Source: Parasitella parasitica NRRL 2501 (lineage: Eukaryota > Fungi > Mucoromycota). Taken from it: a stretch of 64,000 nucleotides of DNA. The stretch covers positions 1 through 64,000 of the forward strand of contig MU619374.1 in assembly GCA_025201805.1 (NCBI GenBank), read 5' to 3'. Below the pieces are notes generated by a model that ran no database searches, was not told the origin of the DNA, and worked only from the letters and a program-made list of their open reading frames with translations. Within the stretch, counting starts at the first letter, position 1; every line of letters starts with the position of its first letter. Both the position numbers and the translations under genes were made by a program. This document shows positions 48,865 through 60,900 of the stretch, piece by piece.

Positions 48865-51800
48865 ATGGCTACAGCGGCTGTTACGTATGTGAACATACAG
48901 CTTGAAATGTTTGTTCAAACGACTAAAGAAAAAAGTATTTATATAGAGTGGCGCTAAGGGTAAGGCCCTTGATACATGCTAATCAAGATGGCTGCAGTAT
49001 CACTTTTGTAAAAGATGAACCACGAATTATAATTGGAAACGAGAGATATTTCACTTTTGACTTTGTATTTCCACCCAAAACATCTCAACAAGAGCTTTAT
49101 GATCACAGTATCCTGCCTCTTGTTGATAGATTTATAGAAGGGTAAATTATTTAATACAAATTTGGTACCTGAAAATATTTAAATCTCCGTTTTTATTTTT
49201 TGATCCAGCAAAAATGTAGCGATTCTTGCATTCGGGTAATTACTTGATAATAAAGCGAAATATAGTATCATGCGTCTAATTTAAAGCAGACAAAATGGAT
49301 CGGGAAAGACGTATAGCTTGGGCACAGGGACTGGTCAAAGCAACCAACAAGGTAGGTATATAAAGTGATCATGAGCGGGAGTAGAAGTCAACCAGCATCC
49401 GCAAACAAAATAGGCATCATACCTCGTTTCGCACATTCGCTCTTTAAACGCGCCGCAGAACTCCAGAGTAATACATTTCAGATATATGCATCATTTTTAG
49501 AACTGTATAATGAGGATATACATGATCTTTTAATCTCGACGGAAATGACTCATCAGCAAAAAGATCATGCGACGATCATTGAAGATATAGATGGCAAAAT
49601 ACACTGGACAGGTGTAAAAGAACAAAGAATTTACACGGCAAAAGACTTGATGCGGTAAAAAATAAGAATGATTGAATTGTACATTGCGCTAACTTTGGTC
49701 ATTAGCTGCTTACAAAACGGATCTCAAAAGAGAAGAGCCTGTTCTTCCTCACATGCGATATTCTCAATTATTCTTACGCAACAAGCTGTAAATTACGACA
49801 CTGATACCGCCGCTGCCGATACATCAATGCTTGTTGAGAACATGGGCGTTGCACCGCAAAGTTTAGTTTCCAAGTTTTATTTCGTGGATTTTGCAGGATC
49901 AGAAAGAGTGAGTTGTCTTTTTAAAAAACACGAAAATACTGCCAATGGTAACAATAGCAACCAAAAAAAAATTAGTTGGAACAGTCAAGTGCCATGAAAG
50001 ATCGACAAAAAGAGATTAATGGTGGACTGCTACCGCTTGATAGAGTTTTATCAGCGTTGGGAGACAATAAAAAAAGCGGCAGTAAATGGCCCGGACATGT
50101 GCCACATAAGGATGGCAAATTGACAAGCTTGTTGCAGGACAGTCTAGGCGGGAATAGTCATACGCTCATGTTGGCATGTGTAAGTGCATCGAGTTCGGAT
50201 TACACAGAAACGTTAAACACACTCGAATATGCCAATCGTGCCCGTAACATTCGAAATAGAGTTCCAGTCAACCAAGAGTCTTTGAATCCATCTAGACTTG
50301 AAAGCCAGTCGCAGACGCTGAAAGATGACGATCATCATGATGGCACGACGGAACGATATTCAGGACAAGATACACAGGATATCGAGCCCTTTTCTCGCCA
50401 ATGGTCTATAGATTTGGCTCAAGGGATAAGCGATAGAGATACTCCGTTCCTGGGCAAAGATGCATATCAAGCCCAACATTTGAGGCCACCGCTTGCTGAA
50501 ACGTGTAACAGCAGCACAGGTCGAGACTTTTCATCACGGCTACAGTCACTGCAGCCACAGCGGCCGAAAGTTTCATCCTCTATGGGATTTTTCGATAAAA
50601 AAAATTTGTTTGTTGATAGCAATATAACCAAAAAGCAACAAGGCTCGGTATCTTCAAGCCGTCGTTTGACCAGTAAAAAAAAGCCTGTCATCCAACGAAT
50701 GAAAACGCAATCATCGCCCGCGCTGAAAAGGAGACCGACGCACGAAAACATGGATGAGCTGCTCGCCTTGTTGCGTGAAGAGTACTATGGCGATGATGGC
50801 AGATTCAAGGTAAATGTTGGCAACAATCAAATATGTGCGAGGGGGGAGATTTTGTTGATTCTAAATTTTACTTAGCGCATATGCAAACTTGTTTATATCT
50901 TGGTCACAACAGTCAACATATGAAACGGTATTACATGATGCGTCACATGCCAGCAGGGAAACAACTGCCACCTCTTTAGCGAGCGAAAATAACCTGCTGC
51001 TGTCCTGCGAGGCTGAGGATAATAACAAAGTCTTTCCTGCTCATCAAACACAAAATTACAGCATGCCTGCAGATAGCACCATTATTTGTCCTCCAAGTAA
51101 CACATTAGAGGACGATGAATTAGAGGCTCTGGTAAGTTGTCCCTGTGTAGGCGTATCTAAATTACTCACTTTGCGCTACAGGCTGTGCCATGCTGGTCAG
51201 ACGTGCCAAAATTGCCCTCTGTCAATGGATCCATCAAGCGCAAGTCTATATCATTGGACTCGATGTGGGACGATACAGACAGCTCCATGACAACCTCGCG
51301 TGTAGAAACCGCCGCCCTGTCGCGCCAACCACAGCATCACCACCACCACCACCACCAACAAAAAGACATGAGAAGATCCAGCAGAAACTTGCTGAAAATG
51401 CTGCATCAGATACAAGCCGATTTGCTAGTTAAGCGTGAACTGGTGGGTCAATTAGAGAGGTCTGAAGATCAATATACCCAAATGCGAATCAACTATGAGT
51501 CGAGACTGAATGAAATGAAGGACCATCTGTTAGAGATACAGAACCAAAGAGACGCTGCCCTTCGACAATCGGGCGCAACCATTGTGTCACAACTGCCCAA
51601 ACGACCGCAGACTGTATTGCAATTGCGAGAAAACCGACAGGCGCAGGAGGTGAGGTCGCAATACGAACAAAAGATTAAGCGCTTGATCAACGAAAATGCA
51701 GAGCTTCGCAAAAAGACCACTCAGTCAACGCAGTCCGTTCAAGCATCACAAGCAAAAGCAGAGGGCACCATTGGGCGTCTTCGTGCCGACATTGAGGCCC

Positions 51801-52153
51801 TGAAATTAGACAAGAAACAACTCCATAAAAGTCTAAAATTAGAAGCGGATAAAGCACGAGAAGCAGCTGCCGCCTTTGAGAAGGAAACAGCTCAGCTAAA
51901 GAGGAAGGTTCTGAGTGCATTGGATGCAAAGAAGAAGCTCGAGGAGACAAACAATGCTCAAAACCAAGTTTTGGCCAAAAGACACCAGGAAACGTTCGCT
52001 GCAAACATGCAGCTGAGGCATCTGACGACCACTCTGAGAAGAGCTGCGAGCGAAGGAACTTTTTTAAACGAGGTTTCGCTAGAAAAGATATTTACAGATG
52101 CTGCAAACTTGAAATCAGCTTCTAGTGCTAATAATAACAATAGCCATAAACCG

Positions 52154-52196
<43 letters not shown>

Positions 52197-52234
52197 CTTC
52201 TGCTTCAAGGACGCATAGTCCAGCAAATTTATAA
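48865..52234 (+). CDS. Kinesin-4-like protein (KIF4/21/27 type) with divergent motor domain and coiled-coil tail (multi-exon)
   Basis: [15 protein letters not shown]-loop [14 protein letters not shown] across an intron, [64 protein letters not shown]; coiled coil 51380-52050. Confidence 0.88.
52155..52195 (+). repeat. (GCT)n coding repeat (polyAla) in the kinesin tail
   Basis: About 13 GCT units. Confidence 0.9.
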
Positions 52235-52582
52235 TAATCAATATATATTATATCACCCTGCATGCTTGTACGTGTGTGTGTATATAGACTGCAATGTCGA
52301 TCTCTGCTCTTTGCTGCGTTGGTTTCTTTTATGTGTGCTCCCTGCTATATATTTCAGTAATAAAGAAATCGTCTGATTAACTAAATGGCATGTCTTGTCA
52401 TAATGTGTTCTTTTGCATGACATTTCACAAATCCTGTATGTTTGTCTCCTCAGACAGCAACAGGCGGCTGAAAACTGCTCTATTTTTATAGCCATGGGAT
52501 AGCAACATGATAACATCTATATTATTCAAGATAAAAGCAAGTTGTTTTTGTAGTAAATAGTGTATATACACTGCTATTTGAG

Positions 52583-54829
52583 ATGAGCACACAGGTAAAT
52601 CTCTTTTGTTTATTTCTCACATTTCACATGAATCAAGTTCGTAGTATCTTTCACGAAGAAAAAACTGCCGTAGAATATGAAGATGTAGCATTAGAGGCAA
52701 TCCCTGCAAATCAGCAGCAGCAGCAGCAGCAGCTCTCACATACATTACACGCAATAGCAATAACGCCTAGCCCATCTCTTTTATCAATAGCTATCAATGA
52801 GAACGGCAGTATGAGAAGATCTCTCTTGTTGAAGAATGCGTTCCAAGCAGAAGCTCTCTATGATGATTCTGCTCTCACAGCTGTTGGTGCAAGAGTTGGA
52901 CGAGGAAACTATACCATAAGCATCTGCTGTGTTCGATTTTTGGGCTACATAAAGAACAAGATGGCATTCAAGCCAGTAGTTCCAGATGACCCTCGGCTAC
53001 TGTCTCCCTCCAGAAAGAGATTGATTTTGGCTGCATTGGCATTGGGAGCATCTCTAAATGGATTTTGTTCTACAGTTTATGTATGCAAGCCTTTGTTTCG
53101 TTGTACATACTGCGTATAGTGTTATTACTGTCTAACTTTGTATATATTATAGTTCCCTGGGATTCCAGATATCACTTTAGAGCTAAATGCTTCAGAAATT
53201 GAGATTACACTTGTCTCGTCCTTGTTCATTTTGTTTGGTGGTATTGGACCTATATTTTGGGCTTCTGTGTCCGACTACTATCACATAAGAAGGTACATGT
53301 GCAAGCTATCAAAACGAGTGTATTTGTGTATAACTTTTCTGGCTTGTAAAGGTTCCTTTATCTGATTGCGTTGCTGATTTTCGTTGCTGCTTCAATTGGC
53401 TGTGCATTGGCTAGCTCAGTTTATTTGTTAATTGTTTTGCGCTGTATTCAATCAATCGGTACATCAGGTATATAAACATGTGTATAGAAGTAGATGACAC
53501 TAAACATAACAAACTTTTATCGATTGCAACAGTGACCATGTCGGTTGGAGCAGGCACCGTCGCTGATTGTTGGCAGATTACAGAACGAGGTTCTGCATTT
53601 AGCTTTTTATTCGTAGGCCAATTTCTTGGGCCATTGATAGGTAAGGCTAGATGATAGCGTAAAATCGACAGTATACGCATGTATATAGACTTATACATCT
53701 TGTGAAAAAGGTCCAATTATCGGTGGTGGTATCACTACAGCAGCAGGTTGGAGAGCTGTGTTCTGGCTTTGCACAGGTTATGGCGTACTTCTATTTGTAT
53801 TCTTCTTTATTTTCTTTCCCGAAACATATCGCGTAGACCATTGTTGGGATCAGCGATTTACAGAATTACCTAGTCAAGCCACGCTCGCTATGAGCAATCC
53901 GCCTCGAGGAGATTCTGCGCCTGCACCTCTTCCCGTTGTCGACGACGTAGCAAATCATTCGAGATTCAATCCATTCAAAAGTTTTGCAATGATGCAGTAT
54001 GTTTTTGTTTGCTTTATAGCCATTGAAATTGGATTCTGTTTCGGTACCATGTTTACATTGGAAACGCTGATTCCAGACATCTACTTTATACATTACGGTT
54101 TTGATTCATGGCAAACAGGTATATAAACACTAAAACGAGACACAAACGCATTTACTTGAACAAATGTGTATATAATGCGTATAGGGCTAAGCTTTCTTGG
54201 TGCAGGCATTGGAAATGTTCTCGGCTCTATAGTCTCTGGCAGATTGTCTGATTACCTGTTGATCAGATCTAGTAACAGAAGGGGCGGTATATCTAAAGCA
54301 GAGGATAGACTAACATTAAATGCATGGTAAAGATCATGAGTCCAGCTTATTGTCATGGCTACTTAAATGCTCTTATCGTACATATAGGCCTGGTGGGTTT
54401 ATTCTTATACCTTTGGGCGTTTTGCTATTTGGCTGGAGTATTATGGCCGGATTTTCAGTTTGGCCAGCCATCATAGGGTTTAGCATCTTGTGTTTTGGTA
54501 TGAGCCAAGGTAGGCATTTAATTGCAATCGCGCAGTTGATGTATTTAAGAAATAGAAAAAAAAAAATAGTGTACACGGCTGGATCTGCGTATTTGGTGGA
54601 TAGCATCCCTGGGAAAGGAGCATCAGTAACAGCCGCCTGCAACTTTTTCCGCATGACCACGGCTGCTGTACTAAGTCTTATATCGCCCATTATAGGGTCA
54701 GCATTATCCATAGGTTATGTTTGTGTACTACTAGCCTCCCTCAATGTCATCGGCATGAGTTTGTTGGTTTATATCAAATTTAAAGGCATACATTTAAGAA
54801 GAAAAGCTGGGTTTGCTCAATCCAAGTAG
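52583..54829 (+). CDS. MFS transporter, DHA1/QDR-like (multi-exon; start 52583 or 52628)
   Basis: DDPRLLSPSRKRLIL, Y/FPGIPDI, GPIFWASVSDYY, GAGTVAD..ERGSA..GQFLGPLI/GPIIGG, GWRAVFW, FFPETYR, EDRL, AYLVDSIPGKGAS. Confidence 0.9.
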
Positions 54830-55205
54830 AATACGCATACGCGTGTGTAAACATGTCCTTTTTTTTCTCTATTAAAATAGTCGATACAGGATTTAGAGAT
54901 ATTGAAGTATAAAAAATTTGAATAGACTATCAATTTCATCCACATTTTCAACTGCAAGTGGTACATTGGCAGTTTATCGCCATTCCCCTCCTGTAGCAGA
55001 TCCATTGGATTGCATTAACCTTAAACCAGCGATTATTATCATTATCAAATGCTTGCGAAATAAGAGTGTACTTGAACAATACAACTCTTATGACAATAAT
55101 CTCTCAAAATCATGCAGTAGGAATATGTATTAATCATGTACATTTCTAAATAAATCTTTATTGTTAATATTGTATACATGAAAAAATGATCAGAAGGGAA
55201 ACAAT

Positions 55206-55871
55206 TTATCGCTGAGTGTTGTAAGAAACTTGAGCATTGGCACGGTTTGCTAACGCTTGCTTATGAATTTGCAGCTTCTTTTGCAAAACAGAACTTACGC
55301 CCTGGGAAACGTCATATACTTCACCTGCAAATCTTTCTTCAAAAGATTTTTCTCCACGCTTCTTGGAAGCCTCCAACATCCAAACTATAGCACGACGACG
55401 ACGTTGACGGTCTCTTAATGCCGTAGGTACATGGACAACTTTGGATCCTTTCTTGGTGGAAGATAATTTCAATAAAGGTGAGGCTGTTTCAATAGCATCA
55501 AGCAAGACAGTGTAAGGGTCATTGTTGTTTTCGAGCTTCTTTGAAAGGTGCTTCATACTGTCAGAAATCAATCGTTGTGCTCTGGCTTTTTTCCCATCTC
55601 TCATCAATGTATTAACTAGCTGGCTAACTACTTCGTCATTAGGAACAAGAGGCACATGGCTACTAGCTGGAGTGGTTGGAATGGAAGGTGTAATAGGGAT
55701 AGCTGTTGATGTTGTGTTGGTAATGGGTGATTTTAATGTTGCTGCTGCCTTGGTTGCGTCGAAAAGATTGCTTGCAGGAGTGGTGGCTATGGCTCGAATC
55801 CAAGTAGGTTGAAACTTACGCAAGGTTACGCTACCATTGTGACCGATGGCTTTAAATAAAGTGCTGGACAT
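55206..55871 (-). CDS. RSM7: Mitochondrial ribosomal protein uS7m
   Basis: Presequence MSSTLFKAIG..; VSQLVNTLMRDGKKARAQ, SPLLKL..KKGSKVVHVPTAL..QRRRRAIVWML, KKLQIHKQALANRAN. Confidence 0.92.
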   Translation of the reverse strand: MSSTLFKAIGHNGSVTLRKFQPTWIRAIATTPASNLFDATKAAATLKSPITNTTSTAIPITPSIPTTPASSHVPLVPNDEVVSQLVNTLMRDGKKARAQRLISDSMKHLSKKLENNNDPYTVLLDAIETASPLLKLSSTKKGSKVVHVPTALRDRQRRRRAIVWMLEASKKRGEKSFEERFAGEVYDVSQGVSSVLQKKLQIHKQALANRANAQVSYNTQR

Positions 55872-57039
55872 TGTGCTTTGTCTAAAGAAAGGACAGCGAG
55901 AAAAAATAAGCTTATATAACAAACTGGGGTTCGAATGACAGCTAGACCTGGGTAGGCAATGTCTAGAATATTTACAGGATCCGAATCAAGGTCACATTGA
56001 CCTTTGAACGCTGCCAAGTTGATGGTCTTTAAGGTACCATATAGCTTATCTTTTACATTGGCGACATAAGGAGATATTGTCGATGCTCTTTTTTATCACA
56101 GTTTACTTGTTTTTCACTACTTTGATAGTCTAATTCTTACTCTTTCTAGATGCATTTCTACCTAGAGCATTTTTCAACAGTATTTCTGGATTTATTTGGA
56201 ATAAAAACTACTAACATATCATATATTAGGAGATCGGGAGCTTTTTCTAAATTGCTTTACTCTTTATATTATGGTATACATTGAAAGCCAAAAATCGAAC
56301 ATGCAACTGAAGGAGAATACAAAATTTGTATTAAAAGTCCATAATTTGCATCATTAATAGCAAAAAATGGTGAAAACCAAAGAAAGTTTTCGATTTCATA
56401 ATTGGCGAACTATGTGAAAATTCATGGCTAATTTTTTGTGTGGAAATGCATTAGATAGCAAATAGAGCCCCGGAAAGTCTTTTAATACGGGTTCAAAATA
56501 CTTGGACTGGTCATAACGGGTATGAATCCTATCAAAGTTGTGTAAATCAAGTATATTGGTGGTTACAACGTGTGATATTCAATCAGCTCTTCGGGGCATT
56601 TTACTAATCCAATGCTCTCCAAGAAACGTTTTTCTGATATTAAATCGATTGATATAGCTTTTAATTTATCAATAAACGAATTTATTCATAGATACATTAT
56701 TCATTATGTTTTATTCTTTATACTAATTTAATAAAAGTTTTTGCCTTGTATCATTGATTTGAAAAAATTTAAATCGGGTTCAACCCCTATTTATGGGTAC
56801 TTCAGACTATTGCAAGCAAAAGCCCTTCATTAAAGTGATTACCCCATCAAAAGGGTAATAATCACACATACATTATATGGAAATGAGTCGTCTAATCAAG
56901 AGTATCGCTTCATGCAGCGTCAGGAGGGTAGACACCCTATTCTTGCAGCCGAAGTTGTTCTTGATATTTGTAGTCCCGCGATTGCCTTTATGAAGGTGCT
57001 CGTTTACACTTTCCACATAATTCTTTTTTAACCTGTGGT

Positions 57040-57986
57040 ATGAATTCTTTATATAACAACGCTTTAAAGCAAAGCCATGCTCTTCAAAAAGATCTAGACA
57101 GTAAAATGCTTGAATTTTATGAAAGCCTTGAATTGCTAGCTGATTTTTTATGCGTATTCTTAGGATTTCAGTCAGGTCAAGACAGTTCAGCTGGCCTACA
57201 GGGTACGATTCATCATCATCAGACATACTCGGTATTAATAAACTTGGAATAGGCCAAATATCAGTTTCATTCAACGCCTTGCAAAGATCGATTGACGATT
57301 ATGACAATCTGGCCAAAAGAGAATTAATACCTGTGAAAAAGGAAACGGCTTTAACGTAAGTGTTTGTATTTGCTGTTTACTCACAAGAGTTGAGATTAAC
57401 GACGCAAAAGACGGGTATCCAAGTTTAGGCACGATTTACAAGATATGAAAATACGTTTTGAGGCTATCAAAAAGCAACAAGAAACCCAAAAACTAGAGCA
57501 GAACAGAGATAGTTTATTAAGAAGACCGAATAGAGGTGCTAATGCCGTAAGTTTATCTCGATATCGAATGAGCAAAAAAAAAAAAAAGCAACCAACAGTT
57601 TCGATATAAAAAAAGCCTGAACATCCATATCAACCTCTATCTCGAGACGAATTTGCAATACGCGAGCAATCTTTTGCTCGCAACACTGATTCACAGCTGG
57701 ACGATTTTATTGGCCAAGCACAGAACTTGTTAGAGAATTTAACAGATCAGCATAGCATTTTAAAGGTGTGTTGAAGGATATTTCAGTGAATTCAGTGATT
57801 AGTGATTAAAATAGCTTTGATCAGAAAACGCAAAAGAAGATTTTGGATACAGCAAACCATTTAGGCTTATCTCAAAACGTCATTCGTTATATTGAAAGAA
57901 GATCAGCACAAGATAAATGGATATTTTATGGCGGCATGATCATTACTGTATTATGTTTGTGGGGTATTGTACATTTTATTGGATAA
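57040..57986 (+). CDS. BOS1: ER-Golgi Qb-SNARE Bos1/membrin (6 exons)
   Basis: MNSLYNNALKQ, GLQ/GQISVSF, QLDDFIGQAQNLLENLTDQHSILK/KTQKKILDTANHLGLSQNVIRYIERRSAQDKWIFYGG plus a C-terminal TM; TAA at 57984-57986. Confidence 0.92.
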
Positions 57987-58325
57987 TCACTCTTCATCAG
58001 GTAATAAAACCTTGCTGATCCTGTATCGAATGCCTAAATAACTAAGGTAATCCAATTCTGGGAATACACGTACTTTTGGAACTTTTGGAAAATGACTATC
58101 TCGAATATCAACAAATGTACCTTTCGAGAGAATTGCATTTTCTAATTTCCCATGGTTGACACTGTCTAGTGGAATCCATCGGTAATTCTTGAAGAAAAAC
58201 CATTGAGCATTTTGTATACGAGGCTTCTTTTTTATTTGTTTACGACGGGCGGTATGTTTAGAGGGAGGCAATGGTTTATCTTGAACCAGCACTTTGATTG
58301 GAGGTAAAATGATAATGTTGCTCAT
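57987..58325 (-). CDS. Small protein (112 aa) with WWE-like motif
   Basis: AQWFFFKNYRWIPLDSVNHGKLENA..FVDIRD shows W..W..E spacing; intronless ORF with ATG. Confidence 0.6.
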   Translation of the reverse strand: MSNIIILPPIKVLVQDKPLPPSKHTARRKQIKKKPRIQNAQWFFFKNYRWIPLDSVNHGKLENAILSKGTFVDIRDSHFPKVPKVRVFPELDYLSYLGIRYRISKVLLPDEE

Positions 58326-59086
58326 GATGTGCTTTATTATGTAAAGGCAATGGAGTATATATCAAGTAGTCTGAGTTACAGTAGGAAAAAAGGGAAAAGA
58401 AGGTAAAGTAATTGCAGTGAAAGTCATTCACTCATTTTCGAACAACTTTTCTTACACCCAACCCTTTACTGCAAGTTGTACAGGATGTCAATTTTTTTTT
58501 TTTTTTTTTCTTTTGCAAGACATATAGGACCAATTGGCAACAATTTCAGACGAAAAACTGCCATTAAACATTGCATTTGTTTGTGATAAAATCACCCGTT
58601 TAACATTAAAACGTTCTTGAAAGTAAAAATGAAGCATAGCGTTGTGAATTTGATTGGACAGAGAGTAGCCCGTTATGTTAGTATGTATATCTGAACTCTT
58701 TGCTACTACCATTATGCCCTCAAATCGACAACATTACATGTAAACCAGATTCAAGGATGAGCATTTCCAGCGGACATTATACTGGATCAGATTTTTAGCT
58801 TGTTGAAGAAAGCTTCCATGCTAACGATGAGGCAAGCGACATTTAGCGAAAATAAGACATGCCTGTTTCTTATGGTATTGCTGGGCTTTTGTATGCAAAT
58901 CAATTTTTGCCCCTATTTTTGACCCTGATACACCACTGAATCGCTCCTTGAAAGTCAAGATGACACTTTGTTCGAGGTGCAAGAAGTGGCTTATAGATTC
59001 ACAACAAAAATTTTCTTGGATTTTAGTTGATTCCAACAGGCAAATTTGATGTAACCTCCTCTTTTTCGCTTTAGTCGATTTTAAAA

Positions 59087-59761
59087 ATGTAATGTTAGGA
59101 AATATGGTCGGATTGGATACGATTAACTGACACAATCTGTTTGTATTATAGGGTCAGTTTGTTGGTCCAAAAGCGTCTCGCTGCCTCCGTCCTCAAGTGT
59201 GGTCAAAGAAAGATCTGGCTCGATCCTAATGAGGTCAACGAGATCTCCAACGCCAATTCTCGTAAGTTTTGTTATACACAATGCCGGTTGATATACTAAA
59301 TGGGAATATACACAGGTGCTAACATCCGTAAGCTCGTCAAGGACGGTCTTATCATCCGTAAGCCTGAGATCTCTCAATCTCGTTTCCGTGTTCTCGAGCG
59401 TGCTGCTGCTAAGCGTAACGGTCGCCACATGGGTCACGGTAAGAGAAAGGGTACTGCTGATGCTCGTATGCGTAGCCAAGTTATCTGGATGCGCCGTATG
59501 CGTGTCCTCCGTCGTCTTTTAGCCAAATACAGAGAAGCCGGTAAGATTGACAAGCACTTGTATCATCACCTTTACCTCAAGTCCAAGGGTAACGGTTTCA
59601 AGAACAAGCGTGTCTTGATGGAGCACATCCACAAGGCCAAGGCTGAGAAGGCTCGTGCCAAGACCCTTGCTGAACAAGCTGATGTTCTCCGTGCCAAGAA
59701 TAAGGCTCTCCGTGAACGTCGTGCTAACAAGAAGACTGAAAAGCTTGTCGCTAGTCAATAA
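59087..59761 (+). CDS. RPL19: 60S ribosomal protein eL19 (3 exons, split start codon)
   Basis: AT|intron 59089-59151|G GTC AGT.. gives [28 protein letters not shown]; [34 protein letters not shown]; strong codon bias. Confidence 0.96.
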
Positions 59762-59834
59762 GTTTTTTTTTGGCCTGTATATCGTTTAATTTCTGATAAA
59801 TGGTATTAAAAGAAAAGGATTTCTTGTTAATGAA

Positions 59835-59880
59835 TTGTGCGTTGTGTGTTGTGTAATGTGTGTTGTGCGTTGTGCGTTGT
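59835..59880. repeat. 7-bp tandem repeat (TTGTGYG)n downstream of RPL19
   Basis: ttgtgcg ttgtgtg ttgtgta atgtgtg ttgtgcg ttgtgcg ttgt. Confidence 0.8.
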
Positions 59881-60359
59881 TTTCAGCCATGAGGGAAAAG
59901 CGAGACATTGCAATAGTTTGATTGAAAAGATCTGGTTCAAGAAAGTACGCAATCAAACAAATTACTTTAATACAGTGTATAGCTATTACTGCAATTAATA
60001 TCGCACTTACCTCGAAGCATTGTAGGCAAGATCAGTCATGCCTTGCATTTTCTTGGAAAAATATATGTGGATCAGCAACACTTGCAAAGATAACAATTAC
60101 GTCGAAAATGCTACCAAAAATATGCAGGTTCTGGCATCAGCCTCTTTCCTTAACTACAGGGTTTTGAGACGATTTGAAGTAATTTTAGATGAATAAAAAA
60201 CTTGACGATGATATCCGTATATCAGATCAAGATGGACAAACTTTAACTTGCATTCGTCTCAACTTTAAATTAGTCTGGATAGCTTTTATTCTTACGACCA
60301 CCATCTCATAAGCAGAGGTTTACAGAATAAACAGTTGACAAAAGGGTATAATGCGATAT

Positions 60360-60900
60360 TCAATAGGTCATTTTAGGCTTTTCCGTCGTTATAAACTTTT
60401 GATTGATGCCCAACAAAGAGCTAATAACTCGAAGCTTGTTCTTCATTTTATCTCTCAAAGCGAATAGATCGGCGTCATGATCATTGTGTGCAGGAAATTC
60501 ATCAATTAACTTTTTAAGAGCTTCTATTTGCTTCATAGCTCTATTTAAAAAGATGCTATTAGTAGTCGACATCCCTTTTGCTTTTCGATATTACCTTTGA
60601 GGCACAGTTTGGGGGTGTTGTGTTGCTAATTGTGTCCACATGCTTACGCATCCAGAATAAAACCCAATTTCCTTTCCCAAGTCAAATGCCTTTTCGCAGC
60701 CAAAAATGCGACCTTCTAATTCTCCTGATCGTTCACCATCTCTGAATCCATCGTCAAATCCATGCTCAGCAAACCTAAAAACACAGCGTCAGCCATATTG
60801 CGATTCTACAAAGGGGTTTCGAACACTACATGGTTTCTAGATAGCACAATGATTCAAGGTCTTGGTTAGGAGGAGGAAGTACTCTCTTGTCTGACATCAT
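60360..60900 (-). CDS. LTO1: Lto1/ORAOV1-like CIA adaptor (3 exons)
   Basis: DLESLCYLET/M, deca-GX3-like GFDDGFRDGERSGELEGRIFGCEKAFDLGKEIGFYSG, FPAHND, KMKNKLRVISSLLG; ends PKMTY*. Confidence 0.85.

Noticed and set aside
52800-52845. MRRSLLLKNAF, resembling a SERTA-like motif, in the MFS N-terminus
   Set aside because: Too short and lacking the rest of the domain.
55925-55945. GGTTCGAAT, similar to a tRNA T-loop
   Set aside because: No cloverleaf stems around it.
56000-56900. Possible MITE between RSM7 and BOS1
   Set aside because: Only short imperfect inverted matches; no clear TIR pair or target-site duplication.
58700-59050. Possible C/D-box snoRNA or long RPL19 first intron
   Set aside because: No canonical RUGAUGA box with a convincing guide was found, and a nearer 63-nt intron explains the RPL19 start better.
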